A DNA stretch of 64,000 nucleotides. Source: Mobula hypostoma (Eukaryota). Positions within the stretch are counted from its first letter, which is position 1; every line of letters starts with the position of its first letter. Location of the stretch: NCBI RefSeq assembly GCF_963921235.1, contig NC_086118.1, positions 18,788,001 to 18,852,000 on the forward strand. The letters are read 5' to 3'. Below, one piece after another: positions 26,980-39,395 of the stretch. Both the position numbers and the translations under genes were made by a program. Under the pieces are notes generated by a model. It searched no databases. It was not told where the DNA came from and saw only the letters and a program-made list of their open reading frames with translations.

Positions 26980-27410
26980 TGTACATCTGTACAGGATTTG
27001 GACTGGTTGCATCATAGCCTACTTCAGAGGCTCTAATACACAGAACTGAAACAAGTTGTAGACACCTCCATCAAGGGCACAAACCTCCCCATCATTGAGG
27101 CGATATTCAGGAATAGAAGCCTCAAGGATGTGGCAACCATTATTAAGGACCCTCAGCATCCAGGACGTGCCTTCTTTACATTTTTACCATTAGGGAGGTG
27201 ATAGAGGAGCATGAAGATCCACACTCACCATTTTAGGAACAGCTTCTTCCCTCTGCATCGGAGTTCTAAATAGTCCATAATCTCTAATTCATTATTCTTT
27301 TTAGCACTATATATTAATTGTTGTAACTTACACTAATTTTTATGTCTTACACTGTATTGTCACCTCAATACAACAAATTTCACAACACATGTTGATCTGA
27401 TTCAGATTCT
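26980..27410 (+). mobile_element. Rex1/Babar 3' fragment
   Basis: IIKDPQHPG and LPLGR..RS remnants; TGATTC tail. Confidence 0.65.
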
Positions 27411-27584
27411 CCAGTTAAATGTAAAAATTATGTCTATCATTATTCATTTTGTTACCCTCCTGATTTTCAGATTTCTGACATTGTATGAATAAATATAAAA
27501 TCCAACACTGTTAATATTATAAAACCCACAGTGTTTGATTTCAATTACCCACTTGGAAAACTTTTCATCAAGTGAGTCTGTAAA

Positions 27585-27651
27585 CAGGGTTTCTCAAACT
27601 TTTTTATGCCATTAAGCAAGAAGTCCATGGAGCCCAGGTTGGGAACCACTG
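27585..27651. mobile_element. 67-bp hAT-superfamily MITE
   Basis: Imperfect TIRs CAGGGTTTCTCAAAC / GGTTGGGAACCACTG; perfect 8-bp TSD TCTGTAAA at 27577-27584 and 27652-27659. Confidence 0.8.
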
Positions 27652-29446
27652 TCTGTAAACCTCCCTAGAATACAAGAAATGGAACATAAAGGAATAACAG
27701 GTAGTTTCTAATCAATTTTGTTTGTATTTCTGTATATTTTATCTAATTAATAAAGTAGTTCTTGATTTGTTGGTTCTTTTACTCTGCATTTTACTCTCTT
27801 TCTCAAAAATGAGGCCAAACAACATATCTTAATTGGAACTGTGCACTTTACCCAATGATCTCCTTATTATCTACTTGTTTAATCACAACTGACAGTTATT
27901 CTACCACCTAGAGCATAAACGGAATAATAATTTACAAGAGAAAAAATTCCTGCTGACACATTGAGGGAAATCTGATCTGAGCTTTCTGTCTTTAAGGAAC
28001 AGCAAGATGGGAAGCAATTGGCCAGCATTAGTGTGAGATACTGAAAAATCCTGATCCAGTGAATAACATTAAAAAATACATTTAATTTTATGATATACTT
28101 TTGTTATATCCGGCTTCTAGCAATTGTGTTTAGAATGTTTGCATTATATTAATCCTTCCCTAATTTGATTCTTTTTTGAGGTTATTTCTATGTGCTACCT
28201 TTCTCAGAATAGAAGTATTTTGAAACAGTCCATCCCACACTCCCCTCTTCACATTATTGACCTCCTGAACTCATGCCATGACAGTTCCCAGGCAAAGACT
28301 TCATCAATGAGGGGGAGCAAAGAACTTGTCAAGAAAGACAGTTAATCAAATTTTTTGGCAACCAGTTAAAATGTCAGTAAGAAAATCTTCAAGCAGGTAG
28401 GTAATCCACTTTACCATTTGTCTCAGCATTCAGTGGTTACTCCTTAGAAAGATGCCGAAATGTAAATGGAAATTCTAGTTTTATACTGTATGTTCCACGA
28501 ACTTCAGGAATATTCAAAGTGTTGCAGAGTTCTGATTCAACTACATCATGAATCTGATGAACTGAAGGAAAATAGGTCAACGAAACCAAAAAGATACCAC
28601 CTTTTGAAATCAGCCTCTAAACTGAGACACTATTATTACTCTGCCAACAGCTTTATTTCCGTCAACTTAACAGTCTGGCTGTGGAACTGAAACCAATATC
28701 TGTGTTTCTGCAAAAATTGCTCTTTCCTTTAGTGGTAAATTATATGGCTCAGTAGAACACTAACTTTATAAAATGACTTGGTTCATTTTATACTGTAACA
28801 GTGACTCATCAAAATGACTTGTATTTACCAACTCTAGTACCATAAACATGGCAAGATTATGTTCCTGCCATACTTCAGCATTTAATTTGTTCGAGCAAAA
28901 CTGTGCAATATTTCATCACCTTTTATTAACTTGATTTAAAGAAATTCCACCCATTGCAAGGTTTAGCATCAACAGTGAAGGGGAAAAAAGTGATACATCT
29001 GTAATAAATAAGTCAAATCCTTTGCCAGTTGCATGTATCCAGATGTAATCAAAATGCATATATAGGTAAATGTGCAACTTTATTCAATATCATAATTCCA
29101 AAGCATTCATCCATTATATATTTTTATTTAAGAAGAATTTCACCATCACCCTTCTGCTTGCCAACTAGTTTTTTTTTCCTTTGCATTTTTATTTATTTTC
29201 CTCTGGAACACATCTACCAATTTTCCTTTAAACCTTTTATGCTTCAAGGCCTATGGCTTCAGTGACTCAAGGATGAGAAAAAATCATTAAAGTGGAGGGA
29301 GGAAATCACAATAAAATCAGATTTTAAGATGGATGTTAACCTAGGAATACTTGGAAAAGTCAAGTTTGCAGGTAACTTGTGCCATAATGATGTCACAATG
29401 CACACAAGGAAGTTAATGTTAGTCTGCACTAAAGAGGTAATAAAGA

Positions 29447-29579
29447 ATAAACTTCTTGGGTTTCAAGCCAGATACAGGTATCAATTATAACCAATGTTTC
29501 AATGACAAACACTGCCATCTTCTTCAGGGATGAAGAGTTTATTCATCATATAGGCCGGGAAAGCACTAGATCCTTTTTC
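29447..29579. mobile_element. Short Penelope-like insertion with internal inversion
   Basis: 12-bp TSD AGGTAATAAAGA (29435-29446, 29580-29591); minus strand CCTGAAGAAGATGGCAG...TGTCATTGAAAC; GAAG(A)GTTTATT-like motif present in both orientations. Confidence 0.55.
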
Positions 29580-29583
29580 AGGT

Positions 29584-29771
29584 AATAAAGAGGCTCCTAT
29601 TATAGGTACAACTCACCTAGTTCACATATCACCTCCCAACAGACTACAACTGCAACCACGATGTCAACAGTCCACAAATAAAGAGGCTCCTATTATAGGT
29701 ACAACTCACCTAGTTCACATATCACCTCCCAACAGACTACAACTGCAACCACGATGTCAACAGTCCACAAA
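29584..29771 (+). repeat. Perfect 93-bp tandem duplication (2 copies)
   Basis: 29584-29676 identical to 29677-29769 by eye. Confidence 0.95.
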
Positions 29772-30221
29772 CAAGATAATAGCATCATAATGTGAAGTAC
29801 AAACAAAATCAATGCATATTTGTCCAACCAGTTGTCTACCCTCTTGTCTATCTCAGATTAAACCTGGATGGCTATACTTTACAATTTATCAAGGCCAAAG
29901 CTAACAGAACTGTAAAAGTAAATGGTCTAATGTGGCAAAGCTCGGATCTATTTTAGGTATTATTCACTATTGTTCACAATTTTATCACATGTAACAATGT
30001 TAGTTACACCACGGCAACAGCAAATTAAAAAGAATGGAAAATAAAGATGGAATGAAGACAAACAGTGAGTATCCAACTTATGAAAACAAAGCTTCACCAC
30101 CAACTGCTTTTTGCGAGATTGTGCCAGATTTGCTGATGATACAAAGGTAGGCAGGAGAGATGGGAAAGAAGAGAATGTGAAGAAATAAAATATTTTAAAC
30201 ACATGGAGCAAAATGTGGGGA

Positions 30222-30608
30222 ATGTTTGAGCGGCTGCAGGACGTTCTGGAGTGGGAGGGTGAACAGCCAGTGGTCGTGGTGCATATAGGTACCAATGATA
30301 TAGATAAAAAACGGGATGAGGTCCTACAAGGTGAATTTAGGAAGTTAGGAAGTAGGACCACAAAGGTAATAATCTCTGGATTACTACCAGTGCCACGTGC
30401 TAGTCAGAGTAGAAATAGGAGGATATATCAGATGAATACGTGGCTTGAAAAATGGTGCAAGGGAGAGGGATTCAAATTTCTGGGGCATTGGAACCAGTTC
30501 TGGAGGAGGTGGGACCAGTACAAGCAGAACGGTCTGCACCTGGGCTGGACTGGCAACAATGTCCTAGGGGGAGCGTTTGCTACTGTTGTTTAGGAGGATT
30601 TAAACTAA
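30222..30608 (+). pseudogene. CR1 ORF1 C-terminal SGNH-esterase-like domain
   Basis: VVVVHIGTND..., KVIISGLLPVPRA, GLHL; TAG at 30591 (probably a mutation), TAA at 30606. Confidence 0.8.
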
Positions 30609-33580
30609 TGTGGCAGGGGGATGGGAACAAGTGCAGAGAGACAGAGGGGTGTAAAATGAGGGTAGAAGCAAAAAGTAGTAAGGTGAAAAGTAAAAGTGGC
30701 AGGCAGACAAACCCGGGGCAAAAATCAAAAAGGGTCACTTTTCAGCATAATTGTATAAGGGTTAAGAGAGTTGTAAAAACAACCCTGAAGGCTTTGTGCG
30801 TCAATACAAGGAGCATTCGTAACAAGGTGGATGAATTGAATGTGCAGATAGTTATTAATGAATATGATATAGTTGGGATCACAGAGACATGGCTCCAGGG
30901 TGACCAAGGATGGGAGCTCAACATTCAGGGATATTCAATATTCAGGAGGGATAGACATGAAAGAAAAGGAGGTTGGGTAGCATTGCTAGTTAGAGAGGAG
31001 ATTAAAGCAATAGAAAGGAAGGACATAAGCCGGGAAGATGTGGAATCGATATGGGTAGAGCTGCATAACACTAAGGGCCAGAAAATGCTGGTGGAAGTTG
31101 TGTACAGGCCACCTAACAGTAGTAGTGAGATTGAGGATGGCATTAAACAGGAAATTAGAAATACATGCAATAACAGAACAGCAGTTATAATGGGTGACTT
31201 CAATCTACATATAGATTGGGTGAACCAAATTGGTAAGGGTGCTGAGGAAGAGGATTTCTTGGAATGTATGCGGGATGGTTTACTGAACCAAGGTGTCCAG
31301 GAACCAACTAGAGAGCAGGCCATTCTAGACTGCATATTGAGCAATGAGGAAGGGTTAGTTAGCAATCTTGTCGTGCGAGGCCCCTTGGGTAAGAGTGACC
31401 ATAATATGGTGGAATTCTTCATTAACATGGAGAGTGACATAGTTAATTCAGAAACAAAGGTTCTGAACTTCAAGAAGGGTAACTTTGAAGGTATGAGACA
31501 TGAATTAGCTAAGATAGACTGGCAAATGATACTTAAAGGGTTGACGGTGGTAAGCATTTAAAGATCGCATGGATGAACTACAACAATTGTTCATCCCAGT
31601 TTGGCAAAAGAATAAACCAGGGAAGGTAGTGTACTCATGGCTGACAAGGGAAATTAGGGATAGTATCAATTCCAAAGAAGAAACATACAAATTAGTCAGA
31701 AAAAGCGGCACACCTGAGGACTGGGAGAAATTCAGAGTCCAGCAGAGGAGGACAAAGGGCTTAATTAGGAAAGGGAAAAAAGATTATGAGAGAAAACTGG
31801 CAGGGAACATAAAAACTGACTGTAAAAGCTTTTATAGATAGGTGAAAAGAAAAAGATTGGTTAAGACAAACGTAGGTCCCTTACAGTCAGAAACAGGTGA
31901 ATTGATCATGGGCAACAAGGACATGGTAGACCAATTGAATAACTACTTTGGTTCTGTCTTCACTAAGGAGGACATAAATAATCTTCCAGAAATAGTAGGG
32001 GACCAAGGGTCTAGTGAGATGGAGGAACTGAGGGAAATACAGGTTAGTAGGGAAGTGGTATTAGGTAAATTGAAGGGATTAAAGGCAGATAAATCCCCAG
32101 GGCCAGATGGTCTGCATCCCAGAGTGCTTAAGGAAATAGCCCAAGAAATAGTGGATGCATTAGTGATAATTTTTCAAATCTCTTTAGATTCTGGATTAGT
32201 TCCTGAGGATTGGAGGGTGGCTAATGTAACCCCACTTTTTAAAAAAGGAATGAGAGAGAAACCGGGGAATTATAGACCGGTTAGCCTGACATCGGTGGTG
32301 GGGAAAGTGCTGGAGTCAGTTATCAAAGATGTGATAACAGCACATTTGGAAAGCAGTGAAATCATCAGACAAAGTCAGCATGGACTTGTGAAAGGAAAAT
32401 CATGTCTGACGAATCTCATCGAATTTTTTGAGGATGTAACTAGTAGAGTGGAAAGGGGAGAACCAGTGGATGTGGTATATTTGGATTTTCAAAAGGCTTT
32501 TGACAAGGTCCCACACAGGAGATTAGTGTGCAAACTTAAAGCACACGGTATTGGGGGTAAGGTATTGATGTGGATAGAGAATTGGTTGGCAGATAGGAAG
32601 CAAAGAGTGGGAATAAACGGGACTTTTTCAGAATGGCAGGCAGTGACTAGTGGGGTACCACAAGGCTCAGTGCTGGGACCCCAGTTGTTTACAATATAGA
32701 TATTAATGACTTAGATGAGGGAATTAAATGCAGCATCTCCAAGTTTGCGGATGACACGAAGCTAGGCGGCAGTGTTAGCTGTGAGGAGGATGCTAAGAGG
32801 ATGCAGGGTGACTTGGATTGGTTGGGTGAGTGGGAAAATTCATGGCAGATGCAATTTAATGTGGATAAATTGAGGTTATCCACTTTGGTGGCAAAAACAG
32901 GAAAACAGATTATTATCTGAATGGTGGGCAATTAGGAAAAGGGGAGGTGCAATAAGACCTGGGTGTCCTTGTACACCAGTCATTGAAAGTGGGCATGCAG
33001 GTACAGCAGGCGGTGAAAAAGGCAAATAGTATGCTGGCATTCATAGGAAGAGGATTTGAGTACAGGAGCAGGGAGGTTCTACTGCAGTTGTACAAGGCCT
33101 TGGTGAGACCACACCTGGAGTATTGTGTGCAGTTTTGGTCCCCTAATCTGAGGAAAGACATTCTTGCCAGAGAGGGAGTACAAAGAAGGTTCACCAGATT
33201 GATTCCTGTGATGCCAGGACTTTCATATGAAGAAAGACCGGATCGACTAGGCTTACACTCGCTGGAATTTGGAAGATTGAGGGGGAATCTTATTGAAACG
33301 TATGAAATTCTAAAGGGATTGGACAGGCTAGATGCAGGAAGATTGTTCCTGATGTTGGGGTAGTCCAGAATGAGGGGTTACAGTTTAAGGATAGAGGGGA
33401 AGCCTTTTAGGACCGAGATGAGGAAAAACTTCTTCACATAGAGAGTGGCGAATCTGTGGAATTCTCTGCCACAGGAAACAGTTGAGGCCAATTCATTGGC
33501 TATATTTAAGAGGGAGTTAGATATGGCCCTTGTGGCTAAACGGATCAGGGAGTATGGAGGGAAGGCTGGTACAGGGTTCT
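30608..33580 (+). pseudogene. CR1 ORF2: apurinic endonuclease plus reverse transcriptase, disrupted
   Basis: IVGITETW, MGDFN, SDH (APE); KSPGPDG, NYRPVSLTS, YLDFQKAFDKVPH, GVPQGSVLGP, KFADDT (RT); broken into ORFs 30452, 31569, 31842, 32983. Confidence 0.93.
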
Positions 33581-35074
33581 GAGTTGGATGATCAGCCATG
33601 ATCATACAAAATGGTGGTGCAGGCTGGAAGGGCCGAATGGCTTACCTCTGCACCTATTTTCTATGTTTCTATGTTTGTTTCTGTGTTTTTGGTGGAAACA
33701 ACACTACCTGAAGCTTCCCACCAAGTTATATGTCATCTTGATCCCAAGATCTCAAACCCAAAGCACCCCACCCTGTGGGTGACCATCAGCAGAAGGACTA
33801 CAGCAGTTCAAGGAAGTGATTTTCCATCATCTTCTCAAGGGTGGAAATGAATAGGCAATAAGTGCTGCTGTCGTTAGCCAAGAAGCAAAGAAAGAGGAAA
33901 AAAATTGCTTGCCTGCACAGTGTCATGATCTTGGCTTACATTGATATTTACGAGGTAATGCAGAACAGGCATGCTGAGAATGGAAATGTGAGTTATAAAT
34001 ACTTAGGTGCAAGTGGCACACACATGCACAAGTTTGACCTTGCTCATTTGCCATGGCATTCTAATACTACTGGGGCTATAGAGTCCACTCTGCAGTGCAA
34101 GTAGAACTGAAACCACGGCAACAGTGTTAAACAGAATCAAGGCATGTTTTCAATAGAATGTGTTTGTGTAAAACAGATATTGAATATAATTGCTTCCTCT
34201 CCTGGGAATAGCTCAGCTCCTAGCTACTCCATGGTGAAACTGGAAGCTGGTAATTCACTCCTGGAGCTGCAGTCTGCCTAACCCCCTCATAATACCTCAC
34301 CACTCTATAGCTGCGTCAGCGTATTGGAAATTTTTCGGTCAATTATGTAATGCTTTTTGATAGACTAAATGGATTTCTCAAAGCCACAGCATTTTCATTG
34401 TAAAGATCTCTCAAAAGAGTGAATTGGTCTCAGATCGCTGGTTAAGAGTCAGGCTTTGTCAATTTCACTCGGGCTAATTACACAGTAATTAACAGTAATC
34501 ACCACCTTCAGTCATTTTTCATCATCAGTTGCCAAGTAATTGGCAATAAATCACATAGTTATAACTTCTGTGAAGGAAACAAGGCAGCAAAGCAGTCACA
34601 GGTTTAGTTGTGGAAGGTAAATAAGAAGCCAATTAATTAGGTTTACACATACTGTTAGTCCTTCAGCTGGTTAGCATTAAAATCACCATTTTCGGGTTAG
34701 ACAGGCATCACAATCCTCTCTTGCCCAATGCCCTGTCTCCAGAGATTATCCTGATAACCAAGGAATACTCTACTTCTGGCATTCATGAAATGAGCCAGCG
34801 CAACTGACCTGATGACAAAATCTTTGGAGAACTTACCAACTGAGTCTGATTCCAATTATCTAGTTCTTTGGAGCTAGTTTGCAGAATGTCTCTAGAAACA
34901 CTTCGAGATTCACTCCGTGTGTCATAATGTCAGAATTCCATTTGATGCAGAAGCTATTTGACGCATGGGTAATCTTCAGGGCGTACAGTTTATTCTGAGG
35001 TCTCGAAGGACCTTCTTCTTAACCTCGCCTTAATTAACACTGGTGCAGCCTTGACTTGGTGACAGGGAGTTTGT

Positions 35075-35445
35075 GGAGTCGGAGCCTTGAGGGAGAATTC
35101 AGACTGTTACTTCTGAGCTCTACGAATTGGTGCTACAATGGCTTAGCTTCCTTTCTTGAAATGAACAGTTATATCTTGGGTGGGTGTAAAGAATCCCACT
35201 GCACTGCAGAAGTACTGCCCTGCGCTGCTTTAGAACGTGGAGAGATGTTCCATCAAAGTCAACGTTTTATCCCTCAATTAATGTTTGAAAAAGAGATGAT
35301 TTAAGCATCTTTTAATTTCATTGCCGTTTCATGAGACCTGGCTTTTGTTGCTAAGTTACAGCACTTTGTTATGCTTCATATCCTTTGAAGTGCTTTGGAA
35401 CCTCCTGTGGCCATGAAAGAAACATTATACAAATGCATCCTTACT
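35075..35445 (+). mobile_element. Old DeuSINE-type SINE
   Basis: TTTTATCCCTCAA core-like segment and 3' AAGTGCTTTGG...ATGAAAG...TATACAAATGCA; similar minus-strand remnants at ~2800-2950 and ~24475-24597. Confidence 0.55.
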
Positions 35446-36049
35446 TATAGACGAGTACACACTTAAATATTATTTTATGACTGAGGCTAAATGTTTTATT
35501 TGCAGTTTTTTCACAGTCTACTTTGTGAAATTTAAACCAATAAAACATTACATACGTTAGGTTGCTAATACTTGTAGATTTTTTTTCAAATTATTTTTCA
35601 GATCATTTTGATTTCTTGTCTGTTTTGCTTCTAGTCACCTTCCGGATGTGGAAGGCAGCATTTATAGTCTATCCCAAATTGTATCGAGACGCGGGTGACG
35701 AACTATGTTCTTGTTCCACATAGACTTCCTATTGAAGATGTTTCCATAAACATCTCAAAAGAGAGATCCAGAAATGTAGATCCAATATTGTCAAGAGAAC
35801 TTTGGCATAGAGTGCCGTATTTCCAAGTCAGGATGGGGAGTAACTTGAAAGTAAAACTGGTAAGTGGTGGTGGTACCATATGCTTACTGCTCTTGCCTTC
35901 CTTCTGACGTCACAGATTTTTGAGGAACTGCAGAAGCAGGCTGGGTGAGTAATTGCAGCACATTTTGCATACAGTTCACAAAGCAGCCACTGTGGAAGAA
36001 ATGCTTATGACAGGGTTCCTAAAAATGAGGACTGATTTGTCCTTATTGG

Positions 36050-36547
36050 TGTCGGGCTTCTTAAATAATTTTTGTGGTTATGGATGCTGTGGCCCTACAG
36101 AGTTCAGTAAAAACAGCCAAGAGAGTCACTGGGGTCTCTCTCCCCTCTATTTGTGACATTTACCAGGAACGTTGCAGACAAATGGCAAAGAACATTGTTG
36201 AAGATTCCTGCCACCCGTCCTAGAATTTCTTTAATCCACTACCATCAGGAAGGAGGTACAGAAACACCAGGACTCGGACTGCCAGCCTGGGTAGGTAACA
36301 GCTTTTTCCCTCAGGCTATGAGACGAGTGACTACCCTGCCACCACCAAGATCTCATCACTAGGACAGTGAACTGTTTACTATACCGTTTACTGTTTAACT
36401 CTACTACATGCATTTGAGTTATATTTTATTAACTGATTTATGGTAATATTTTGATTTACATGCTTTGTAGGTGTGCCATTATCCAGAGGAGCGTTGCTTC
36501 ATTTGGTGGTATATATGTACAGTTAGATGACAATAAACTTGAACTTG
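36050..36547 (+). mobile_element. Rex1/Babar 3' fragment
   Basis: LPSGRRY-like CTACCATCAGGAAGGAGGTACAG; NSFFPQAMR; CAATAAACTTGAACTTG tail. Confidence 0.7.
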
Positions 36548-37590
36548 CTAGATCTTCAGAGACGTTGACACCCAGGAGCCTAAAACTGCTCATCGTTTGT
36601 ATTGCTGAATCCTTGATGGAGACTGATGCGTTTTCCCTTGACTCCTCCTTTCTGAGGTCTACAATCAATTCGTTGGTCTTACAGATGTTTAGAGCAAGGT
36701 GGTTGTTGTGACACCCACTCAATCAGCTGATCTATCTTACTTCTTTATGGCTCTTCGTCACCATCTGAAATTCTGCCGACAATAATTGTGTTATTGGCAC
36801 ATTTATAAATGGTGCTCTGTAGAACATCGTTAGAATGGGAACGGGGAGTCTTGCGTGCCTCAATCCTCTCAGAAAGTGTAGACACCACTGTGCCTTCTTG
36901 ACCAGTGAGGAGGTGTAGTGGGTCCAGGTTAGCTCGTTTGTTAATGAACATCAAGGAACCTTCTCCATGTCAGAACCATCGATGTGCAATGGACAGTGGT
37001 CAACCTGAAGTCCACAATCATTGTTTTTCTCTTGACAACATCGAAACTCGGGTTGTTGTGTTCTCGCACCATTTGACAAGCCTTCCTGTCTCGTCTCTCG
37101 ACTCACCATTGTTGCTGATGAAGTTGACCACTGTACTATCATTAGTGAACATGATGATGTAATTTGAGCCAATTTTGGCAGTGCGGTTGTGAATCAGCAG
37201 CATGAACAGTAGGCTGAGCACGTGAACTTGGGGGGCACTGGTGTTCAGCGTAATGGAATTTGAGATGTTGCTGTCAACATAGACTGACTGGGGTTTGTCC
37301 ATCAAGAAGTCCAAGATCCAATTAGAGATGGGGAGGAGTGAGTCCCAACGAGGACAGTTTACCCACCAGCCTCGGAGGTATGATCATGTCAAATGCCGAG
37401 CTGAAGTTGGCGAACACATCCTCATGTATGAGGTATCATTCTCTAAGTGGGGTAGGTCAGAGTGGAGGGCTGAGGCAATGGCATTAGTGGACCAGTATGA
37501 GTGGTAGGCACACTGGAAAGTGTCCAATATCCAACTGGATAGGTAGCTGGAAGGTGGGACTTTATATGATCCATTACCAGTCATTCTAAG
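36548..37590 (-). mobile_element. Rex1/Babar RT fragments (at least two pieces)
   Basis: NNHLALNICKTNELIVDLRK; SITLNTSAPQ..VLS.L; STNAIASALH..L.HLEN..SYMRM. Confidence 0.75.
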
Positions 37591-37699
37591 TATATCATGA
37601 TTAGTGAAGCGAAGAAGAATAGGACAAGAAATTTCACCATTGATTGGTGCCAGAGTGGCAGGTGGGACTGTGCATGCTGCTATCTTGTGACATAATCAT

Positions 37700-38293
37700 T
37701 ATTCCTAGGCCCAACATATTGATGTAATTACAAAGAAGGCACGGCAGCAGCTATATTTCATTAGGAATTTGAGGAGATTTCAATAGTCATTAAAGACTCT
37801 CACAAATTTCTACAGATGCATTGTGGAGCACATTCTAACTGCTTTGATGTGGAGGGACCACTGCACCGAATCAGAAAAATCTGCAGAAAGTTGCCATCTC
37901 AGCCAGCCCCATCGTGGGCACTCGCCTCCCCAGGATTGAGGACACATTCAGAAGGTGATGCCTCAAAAGGGTGGAGTCCATCATTATGGACCTCCATCAC
38001 CCAGGACATGCCCTCTTCTCATTTCTACCATCAAGGAGAAGGTACAGGAGCCTGTGGACATGCACAATGTTTTAGGACTGGGTTCTTCCTCTCTATGATC
38101 GAATTTCTAAATGGACGATGGATCCATAAACACTACTTTACTTTTTTTTGCTCTCCTTTTGCACCACTTATTTAATTAAAAAATTTATATATGTATATAT
38201 ATATTTAAAATTATGTATTGCACTGTAGAGTTGCTGCAAAACAGCACATTTCATGACATGTACCAGTGATATTAAACCTGATTCTGATTCTGA
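37700..38293 (+). mobile_element. Rex1/Babar 3' fragment
   Basis: KKARQQLYFIRNLRRF..TLTNFYRCIVE; (CTGATT)n tail. Confidence 0.8.
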
Positions 38294-39129
38294 TGTTGCT
38301 GTGATACTCAGCAGGGCTTTTCTGTCGGAGTACCTGTCTCACACCTGAATGCACTGACAGTGACAAGCAACTCTCAGTAAGTTACATAATACTAATCCTG
38401 TTGAAGGAGTTCATAATCACCAAATAGATCAGGTTTGCCTTGGAAAGCTGTGGGTGTTTTTTGTATGAAATTCACTGGCTGGTTATGTATGCACTCTAAT
38501 GTTTGTTGTACAATACTTCTAACACCCACAGTTCTCCCCTGCCGGAAATAGCATTATTGATCTTCTGCATCTGATTGGACCTTGAGTAACATGAGAACAT
38601 CAGAAAATATAAGGTCATGGAAGAGGATTGCTCCCAACCAGTCTGTATCTTTGTGAAGCATTCATGAAAGCAATGGACAGAGAGCCTTTTTTTGTATGGC
38701 ATAATATTTATATGCAATAAAAGGGCAATGTTGATTTGATGCTTAAATTCATATCTTCCACCTGATTCCTAGCTGTCTAAGTACCATAATGATCGATCTT
38801 TTGTTGGTTAATTAATGTGATGAAAATTTGGACTTGTTTTATACGGGAGCAGCATAAAGGATGTTGTGTCCATATTTATAATCTTAAAAGTGTTGGTTGG
38901 ACTTTCAATGACCTTTTTAAATATGAAAGAGATATTTTTAAAATGGAAAGAAAACCGTTCTTTTCATTCTGGGTTCTACTGACCAGAAATTTAGCTAGCC
39001 AACTCAGGAGCAAATTGAAAACTATGCAAATTGAAAGTGTTACCTAAACTTGTTGAAGAGTGTTGGGATCATACAATATGGAAACTTGCCATTCACACTG
39101 CTAAGTCCACACTGAGCATCAAATTCCAA

Positions 39130-39395
39130 TCCAACACTTATCCCATTTTATTTTATCCTCATTCCCATCATCTTCCTCTGGATTCTGCCACCTACTTACA
39201 CATCAGGAGCAATTTACAGGTCCCTATAAAACCACCAGCCCGCAAGTCAGTGGAACGTGAGAGACAACAGGGCACTCAGAAGATCTGCATGCCGTCACAA
39301 AGTGAGTGGGCAAACTACATGGACAGAGCTGTAGGTCAGTACTGAAGCTGGGTCACTGGAAATGTGAGTGGTAGCCTACCATTTGTGCCACTGTT
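39130..39395 (-). mobile_element. Degenerate V-SINE-like element
   Basis: Weak similarity to 10575-10850. Confidence 0.4.

Larger units (their letters stand above)
30220..33690 (+). mobile_element. CR1 LINE, ~3.5 kb, 5'-truncated within ORF1
   Basis: ORF1 end, ORF2 (APE plus RT), 3' UTR and TTTCTATG tail; several frameshifts and stops. Confidence 0.95.

Noticed and set aside
30925..31557. 210-aa antisense ORF (counterpart at 53811-54491)
   Set aside because: Antisense shadow of the CR1 endonuclease; shared only because the two copies are closely related.
35905..35912. CRE palindrome TGACGTCA
   Set aside because: Single 8-mer within decayed repeat-like sequence; about one is expected by chance in 64 kb.
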